Assembly: GCA_020429915.1 (NCBI GenBank) | Contig: JAGQKV010000004.1 | Location: forward strand, 132,833 to 196,832 | Length of the DNA stretch: 64,000 nucleotides | Direction of reading: 5' to 3' | DNA from: Candidatus Omnitrophota bacterium | GTDB lineage: Bacteria; Omnitrophota; Gorgyraeia; Zapsychrales; Zapsychraceae | Shown: positions 58,315 to 64,000 of the stretch, piece by piece | Numbering within the stretch: the first letter of the stretch is position 1 | Layout of the letters: each line of letters begins with the position of its first letter | Translations under genes and position numbers: made by a program | The notes under the pieces: generated by a model | What the model saw: the letters and a program-made list of their open reading frames with translations, nothing else | The model's database searches: none | What the model was told of the DNA's origin: nothing

Positions 58315-59892
58315 CTAGTTGTGTTTGAGCCAGATCAACAAACCGCCGGACACCAGCAAACCGGGCACCAGGACCAGAATATAAATGATCAGCTGCTTCT
58401 GCTTGCTCGTCAGATCCAGCCTGGGAACCTCGACACTGGGCATATTAAGATATGTTTCGTAATCATGCTCGGTGAGCCAGTTGATGGCATTCACACCCAG
58501 CCGCGCATTGCTGTAGGCATCGACATAGGCATTGGAGATAAAATCGGCATCCGTGATAACGATAACCCGGGTATTGGATTGATCGCCCTCCGCCTTGGGT
58601 TCCATAGCGGCATAGCCGATCGGCACCGGTCCGCGGCGATCTTCTCCCGGATTGAAGCGCACATCGAGATACCGGTTGGTCTCACCCCAACTGTCCTGTT
58701 CGGAGGCCGTCATGATCAACGGCGCCACCATAACCGTTGCGGGTTTGTCCCGCAGGGCCTTGATTGACCGGGGTCGGACAAAGAAGGTGAAATCCAGATC
58801 ATTCACAATCGCCCGGTGACTAAGATAGTTTCGCGTCGCCGGAGAACCCACATCCCCGCTGGCGTGGCTCTTAAGGTCGACCACCACATCCTTGGAAACC
58901 GCCAACCCCCAATTTCGGAGAATATTGTTTAGCGACGGATTCTTTTCCATCTGCATTTCGGTAAGCGGAACGTTCGGGGTGGATACCAGAACATGTTCGA
59001 TCAGAAAGAGCGCGTCGCCACCGGCCTTTAGGTAGTCATTGATCTGTTTCTCCTCGTCGAGCGTGAGAAAGTCTTCAGGACCGGCCACCACCAGCACGTC
59101 GCAAAAGTCGGGAATCTGCTCCGATGTATCCAAACGGATGTCCTGCGGCACGATATTATTGGCCAACAGGTGCTTAGCAAAGGTATTCAGCCCCTGAGCT
59201 TCCTCATCAAAGACCCGCCGCTCGCGATGCCCCGTCAGAAAACAGGCCGTCCGTGCCGCCCGGGTCAACTGGAGTATCTCATGATTGATCTGCTCCTGAT
59301 TGACCGGCTTCTCGGTAAAATCGATTTCACGCTGCGCCCCCGCCGTCCGCAGGATCACTTTTCGCTGCTTACCGTCGATCACCTGCCCGAACTGCGCGGC
59401 ATAGCCGATCTGCACGAGGGGATCGATGACCTCGGCCTTTATGGTACCGTTGGAATTGCGTTCATATTCTTCGAACATATCCAACAGATACTTTGGCGGC
59501 AGCCCGACATAAAATGCTGTGATCTGGATTTCGCGATCGAGGTTGCGGATAATCTTCACGGTCTGCGGGACCAGGGAATGCTGCCGGAACCTGGTCACAT
59601 CAAGTCGCCCATTGTACACGTACGCCATGTAGTTGAAGCTGGCGTAGCCGATGATCATAATGACCAGTGTCACCAAAAACATTAAAAGAAACCGGAACTG
59701 CCGTTTTGAGATGTACTTCGACCACTTCACGCGGTACCATGCCCAGAACGCCATAAATGCCCCCAGCCAAGCCACCATTTTGGACACAAAACTCGGACCC
59801 ACTTCAAATATCAGCAGGCTCAATCCCGCCCAAAAGAGACCGAGCCCGACGAAGAATACCAAGGTCAATTTTTTGATCTGATTTACTTCCAT
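58315..59892 (-). CDS. GldG-like ABC-transporter auxiliary protein
   Basis: About 525 aa with N- and C-terminal TM anchors and a large periplasmic domain. Directly downstream of the ABC-2 permease and the ATPase (gldA/gldF/gldG-like order). Start chosen at MEVNQIKK (59892). Confidence 0.5.
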   Translation of the reverse strand: MEVNQIKKLTLVFFVGLGLFWAGLSLLIFEVGPSFVSKMVAWLGAFMAFWAWYRVKWSKYISKRQFRFLLMFLVTLVIMIIGYASFNYMAYVYNGRLDVTRFRQHSLVPQTVKIIRNLDREIQITAFYVGLPPKYLLDMFEEYERNSNGTIKAEVIDPLVQIGYAAQFGQVIDGKQRKVILRTAGAQREIDFTEKPVNQEQINHEILQLTRAARTACFLTGHRERRVFDEEAQGLNTFAKHLLANNIVPQDIRLDTSEQIPDFCDVLVVAGPEDFLTLDEEKQINDYLKAGGDALFLIEHVLVSTPNVPLTEMQMEKNPSLNNILRNWGLAVSKDVVVDLKSHASGDVGSPATRNYLSHRAIVNDLDFTFFVRPRSIKALRDKPATVMVAPLIMTASEQDSWGETNRYLDVRFNPGEDRRGPVPIGYAAMEPKAEGDQSNTRVIVITDADFISNAYVDAYSNARLGVNAINWLTEHDYETYLNMPSVEVPRLDLTSKQKQLIIYILVLVPGLLVSGGLLIWLKHN

Positions 59893-60593
59893 ATGCGGTT
59901 CTCGGTGCTCAAACGGGCAATGGTCAAACAAAACAGCGTTCCCGATATGAAGTACATAATATCGGATGAAGTGAGCAACCCCTGAAAGAAACTCTCGGAG
60001 TGCCCCATGACGCTCAGGAAACTGAGGATATCATGGGGAACGCCTTGCAAATACTTCGTTCCCACCTTCGCAAAATACAGGGCCAGAATCAATATGTAAG
60101 AAGACATGGCCGCCAGGACCTGACTTTTGGTCCACACCGAAGTCATCACCCCGATGGCAAGGAAAAACAATCCCTCCAGCCAAATACCGAAGTATCCCGC
60201 GAAAATGGCCATTCGGTCCGGGTTGGCGAAAACCTCTATGATAACGTAATACGGAAACGTCAACGCCAGCATAGTCGTAAAATAGATCACTACCCCAAGA
60301 TATTTCCCGGCAACAATCGCAGTATTGGTCGTGGGCGTCGTTTTTAGAAATTCCATCGTCCCGGTTTCATTCTCATGAGCCACGGTTTTCATTGTCAGAA
60401 GCGGAATGATGAACACAAAGAGAAACTCCATCAGCGTGAACATATCGCGCAGCGTGGCTTCCCTGTTTTCATCGATAATAATGAAGAAGAAAATATTGAA
60501 AACGATGATCGCCAGGCACATCAGGATGTACGAGACCGGCGATTTCAGATTAACGGTCGTTTCCTTGCGGGCTATGGCGACTATCTTATCCAT
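59883..60593 (-). CDS. ABC-2 family permease (GldF-like)
   Basis: 236 aa with six TM segments. Overlaps the ATPase gene by 8 nt. Confidence 0.7.
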   Translation of the reverse strand: MDKIVAIARKETTVNLKSPVSYILMCLAIIVFNIFFFIIIDENREATLRDMFTLMEFLFVFIIPLLTMKTVAHENETGTMEFLKTTPTTNTAIVAGKYLGVVIYFTTMLALTFPYYVIIEVFANPDRMAIFAGYFGIWLEGLFFLAIGVMTSVWTKSQVLAAMSSYILILALYFAKVGTKYLQGVPHDILSFLSVMGHSESFFQGLLTSSDIMYFISGTLFCLTIARLSTENRIWK

Positions 60594-61305
60594 GGGGCTG
60601 ATATCCGACGATTGCTAAGAAGGCTTTTTCCAGGCTTTCATATTCTTTGAGCAGTTCCTCGAGAAGGGCATCCTTAACGATACGGCCTTCCTTGATAATA
60701 AATACCCTCTCGGCCATCTGTTCAATCTCGCTCAGGATGTGGGTGCTGAGGATCACGGTGCGCTGCATTTCGATATTCTTGATGAGTTTGCGGACCTGCT
60801 GCACCTGGATAGGATCCAGACCGCTGGTCGGCTCATCCAGAATAAGTATGGAGGGTTCATTGATGATGGCCTGGGCGATGCCGACACGCTGTTTATAACC
60901 TTTGGAGAGTTTTCCGATAATCTTGTTGCGCACGTCGTCCAGAGAACACTCGTAGCAAACCCGGTCAATCCTTTTACGAATTTGATTTTCCGGGACATCT
61001 TTGAGGCGGGCGGCAAACTCGAGATAATCGTGAACCGTCATATTCATATACAACGGCGGAGTTTCAGGCAGGTATCCGACCTTACGCCGCATCATCATGG
61101 TATCCCGGGCGATATCCACTCCGTCGACCAGGATCCGGCCCGATGTGGCCGGCAGATAAGTGGTCATGATCCGCATTAACGTCGTCTTCCCGGCGCCGTT
61201 TTGGCCCAGAAAACCGATAACCTCACCGTTGCGGATTCCGAATGAGACATTGTCCAGCGCGCGCGTATTGCCGTAATCTTTACAAATATTCTCGGCCTTG
61301 ATCAT
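60586..61305 (-). CDS. ABC transporter ATP-binding protein (GldA-like)
   Basis: 239 aa with Walker A GQNGAGKTT, signature LSKGYKQRV, and Walker B ILILDEPTSGLD. Confidence 0.88.
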   Translation of the reverse strand: MIKAENICKDYGNTRALDNVSFGIRNGEVIGFLGQNGAGKTTLMRIMTTYLPATSGRILVDGVDIARDTMMMRRKVGYLPETPPLYMNMTVHDYLEFAARLKDVPENQIRKRIDRVCYECSLDDVRNKIIGKLSKGYKQRVGIAQAIINEPSILILDEPTSGLDPIQVQQVRKLIKNIEMQRTVILSTHILSEIEQMAERVFIIKEGRIVKDALLEELLKEYESLEKAFLAIVGYQPHG

Positions 61306-62162
61306 TCGCTTACCGGATGGATGACATTGATCAACGCACTATAATCCATGTCACCCTCCCCCCTTGCTAGTGTTTGGTCCAGGACATCCCGGATGGCATC
61401 CAGGACCTGTGTGTTCAGTCCGATCTCGTGGCCGTGGCGGAGAATCAACTCGGTGTCTTTACGCAGATGCTTGGCCGGAAAATTGGGATTATCAAAATTC
61501 CGCGAGCGCCAGTTCGCCAATTTCTTATCATACATGGGCGCATACAAGGAACTCTGGCGAAGGATGGTCATGAACTGTTCGCTATCAATGCCGTTTCGCT
61601 CCACAATCCCCAAGCTGAATGAAAAACCGGCCGCGTGAATGGCGATCAGATTGTTCAGGGCAAGCTTCATGGCGGCGGCCTGCCCGACATCGCCAATAAA
61701 ATGCGGTTCGGCTCCGAAACAGGCCAAAACGGACCGGATGGATTCCAAGACCCGCCGGTTTCCGCCGAACAGCAGGATCAGCTTGCTTTCATCTATTTCG
61801 CGTCGGCTGCCAAGAATGGGACACTCACAATACTCTCCGCCGGCTTCGCCGATACGACGCGCCAGGCTAATACTTTCCTGAGGCAGGATGGTTCCCATCT
61901 GGACGAACGTTTTTTGGTTCAATGTCATTTTAATGCCCGTAAGGACATCGTCAACAGCTTTTTTATCCGACAGGGCGAGCAAAATACACTCGGCGCTGCG
62001 CACCGCCTGTTCCACCGAATCTGCCACCGTGGCGCCGAGTTTTTGCAGGCCCTCGGCCTTGTGAGCAGTGCGATTATAAACCGCAACGTCGTGCCCACCG
62101 CGCAACAAGGCCTGTGTCAACTTTTGTCCGATGATCCCGGTCCCCAGAACGGCCGTCTGCAT
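61302..62162 (-). CDS. NAD(P)-dependent oxidoreductase (3-hydroxyisobutyrate/6-phosphogluconate dehydrogenase family)
   Basis: 286 aa with MQTAVLGTGIIGQKL (Rossmann fold) plus a 6PGD-type C-terminal domain. Confidence 0.75.
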   Translation of the reverse strand: MQTAVLGTGIIGQKLTQALLRGGHDVAVYNRTAHKAEGLQKLGATVADSVEQAVRSAECILLALSDKKAVDDVLTGIKMTLNQKTFVQMGTILPQESISLARRIGEAGGEYCECPILGSRREIDESKLILLFGGNRRVLESIRSVLACFGAEPHFIGDVGQAAAMKLALNNLIAIHAAGFSFSLGIVERNGIDSEQFMTILRQSSLYAPMYDKKLANWRSRNFDNPNFPAKHLRKDTELILRHGHEIGLNTQVLDAIRDVLDQTLARGEGDMDYSALINVIHPVSE

Positions 62163-62828
62163 TTATAGCAACCCCAATCGTTTGTTTTCAAAGTATTCCG
62201 ACAAATACTTTTCCAGCTCATCCACCCCCGAGAAGCGCCGGTCGTTCACGAAATATGTCGGCACCGAGTGAATGCCGTGGGACTCTCCCAGCCGGGTATC
62301 CTCCTCAACAGCCTGTTTGACTTCAATATCCCCAACGCAAGAGGTGAACATCTCCATATCCGCGGACATATTGCGCGCCAACAGCGTCAGATAAGGCCCC
62401 GCGTCCCGTGAGGTCCGCCACTGTTGTTGTTTGAGCAACAACTCCTCATAGTACGGCCAAAACAAACCTTGTCGCGATGCGCATTCGGCGTGAAGGGCAC
62501 TGATCAGTGAATTACGGTCCGGCGTGACATAATAGCGGGTCAGGACATACATGTCCTGCCGGTGCTTTTTCAGAAAACGGTCCAGGACCTTGGCCCCCCG
62601 ACTGACCTCCGGATTCTGAAAGTCGACGAACTGGATGATTTGCACCGAAGCTTGGGGATCACCGACCGTGCGCAACGGATCGGGATTGTCGAGAACGGAA
62701 ACATTTCGCCGGGCGATAAAGTCGATCACCGCCAAAATGCACACGGCTACGATCATTACCCGGACGGCGATACCCGTAATCTTCCGCAGCGGCCACACCC
62801 GCTTTCTCCTGCGCTTCGCTTCTCCCAT
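62163..62828 (-). CDS. DsbA-like thioredoxin-fold protein lacking the CxxC active site
   Basis: 221 aa with an N-terminal TM. In …IIQFVDFQNPEVSRGA…, N-P-E-V stands where DsbA proteins carry C-P-x-C. Confidence 0.55.
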   Translation of the reverse strand: MGEAKRRRKRVWPLRKITGIAVRVMIVAVCILAVIDFIARRNVSVLDNPDPLRTVGDPQASVQIIQFVDFQNPEVSRGAKVLDRFLKKHRQDMYVLTRYYVTPDRNSLISALHAECASRQGLFWPYYEELLLKQQQWRTSRDAGPYLTLLARNMSADMEMFTSCVGDIEVKQAVEEDTRLGESHGIHSVPTYFVNDRRFSGVDELEKYLSEYFENKRLGLL

Positions 62829-62908
62829 GATTGTACATTTTACACAGGACGAGGCCTAGCGTAAAGGAACAAGTCCGGCAGACATTCCGGCATGAACGGA
62901 ACAGTTTT

Positions 62909-63274
62909 TTACGCGCGCAGCAGCTCGGAAACTTTTAGAAGGAGTAAATTGCTGTCGATCGGCTTGGGGACATAATCGATGTTCGCGCGTTGACCGATAC
63001 GGCTGTCGATCTCCTTGTCCCTTTTGGTGAGCAGAATAACGGGGATGGTCTCATATTCCTTGTTGAAGTGAAGCTGATAGCAGACGTCATAGCCGTTGAT
63101 CTCCGGCATCATCACGTCCAGCACCACGAGGTCCGGCGATTCGGCCTGGATCATGCGCAGGGCCTCCAGACCATCGACGGCTTGAACGACGTCATAGTTT
63201 TTCGCCGACAACAGACCAACCACCAGCTTTAGGGTGGCCGGCTCATCGTCCACAACCAGGATTTTTTGCGCCAT
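62909..63274 (-). CDS. stand-alone response-regulator receiver (CheY-like)
   Basis: 122 aa from MAQKILVVDDEPATLK…, with a phospho-acceptor Asp in LVVLDVMMP and a conserved K near the C-terminus. There is no output domain. Confidence 0.85.
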   Translation of the reverse strand: MAQKILVVDDEPATLKLVVGLLSAKNYDVVQAVDGLEALRMIQAESPDLVVLDVMMPEINGYDVCYQLHFNKEYETIPVILLTKRDKEIDSRIGQRANIDYVPKPIDSNLLLLKVSELLRA

Positions 63275-63362
63275 ATTACCTCTTCGCCAGTGTCTTCCCT
63301 TATAGTGTAAACATTTTGATCTACAATGCAAGTCACAAGCCAACTATCGCCCTAGGCCGGAA

Positions 63363-64000
63363 TCAGGCACCCAGAGTTTTGTGAAACCACTCAAGGAATA
63401 CGGCGAGGGTACCGTCTTTGTCCGCCCGGAAAATATATTCGGCATGCGTGCCGTCTTTCAGTATCAGCAAGTCCTTGCGGCAATTTGCTTTACCGTACAA
63501 TTTCCGGGAGTGCTCAGGGGCGATCAGCCAATCCTTCTGGCCGTGGACGAAGAGGGTCGGGGCGCTAATCCGACCGACCGCGTCGATAGGCTTGGGCTTT
63601 TTGCGGAACATCCACCCGGGACGAATCCCCTTGCCGATCCGCCCTTCCTGGAAGACATTGTATACGACGTTTTCCATCACTCCCATCCGCCAGATGCGGT
63701 AGTTGATGCGGTTAAAGTCATAGGGCGAACTGACGACAATCAGGCTGTCGATCCGGGAATCGCGTGCCGCGGTATTGATCGCGATGGCGGCACCGAGAGA
63801 AAACCCGATGACACCGATCTGGTCGTATTCCCGCTCGGCATAGTCGAGGACGGCCTGCAGGTCACGGTGTTCATTGACCGTCCAGCTGAATAAACCGGAA
63901 CTCTTGCCGTGACCGCGAAAATCAAAGACGATGACATCATACTCCTCCAGCAGGCCCTTGGCCATCTCCCTGAACAGGACCGCTTGTTTGCTATTGTAAA
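63363..64000 (-). CDS. alpha/beta-hydrolase fold protein (N-terminus beyond window end)
   Basis: Nucleophile elbow GFSLG and catalytic His near the C-terminus. The reading frame stays open upstream of the first Met to position 64000. Confidence 0.7.
   Translation of the reverse strand, partial: YNSKQAVLFREMAKGLLEEYDVIVFDFRGHGKSSGLFSWTVNEHRDLQAVLDYAEREYDQIGVIGFSLGAAIAINTAARDSRIDSLIVVSSPYDFNRINYRIWRMGVMENVVYNVFQEGRIGKGIRPGWMFRKKPKPIDAVGRISAPTLFVHGQKDWLIAPEHSRKLYGKANCRKDLLILKDGTHAEYIFRADKDGTLAVFLEWFHKTLGA

Overview
This 64 kb window is a chromosomal core region of an uncultivated-looking bacterium, roughly 55% GC. Of about 72 genes, all but one are on the minus strand. Reading the minus strand from high to low coordinates: a partial alpha/beta hydrolase, a stand-alone CheY-like receiver, a DsbA-like protein lacking CxxC, an NAD(P) oxidoreductase, a GldA/GldF/GldG-like ABC system and a DUF1761 membrane protein. 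Next comes the single plus-strand gene, a small secreted TIGR04073-like protein, followed by an MscS-N-terminal-like 'conserved TM helix' protein, an 831-aa PMT-like/TPR membrane protein, a YkgJ-type Cys-cluster protein, a 54-aa PLDc_N-like membrane protein and an unannotated 29-aa sORF with its own promoter, SD and terminator. Then come an AddA/AddB-like helicase-nuclease pair, yggS, proC, mtnP, a DksA-like gene, lspA, rluD, a coiled-coil membrane protein, aroA and mreBCD-mrdA-rodA. A complete type IVa pilus locus follows: a stand-alone MshEN-like domain protein, two tandem GspE-family ATPases, pilC, a secreted coiled-coil protein, pilA, two minor pilins, a large PilX_N protein and pilMNOPQ. 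The window ends with rng, rplU, obg, proB, proA, nadD, a phosphohexomutase, plsC, rpsA, tyrS, tRNA-Thr, rpmG, tRNA-Trp and secE-nusG-rplKAJL-rpoB-rpoC (rpoC partial). There is no CRISPR array, transposase, integrase or prophage. The long plus-strand ORFs in the track are antisense artefacts of the GC-rich minus-strand genes. The most unusual part is the pilus locus: a c-di-GMP-receptor-like MshEN mini-protein coupled to two full-length secretion ATPases, no PilT, a coiled-coil protein where PilSR usually sits, and a truncated PilQ. The small sORF transcription unit and a perfect 14-bp-arm palindrome in a divergent promoter region are further items worth checking.
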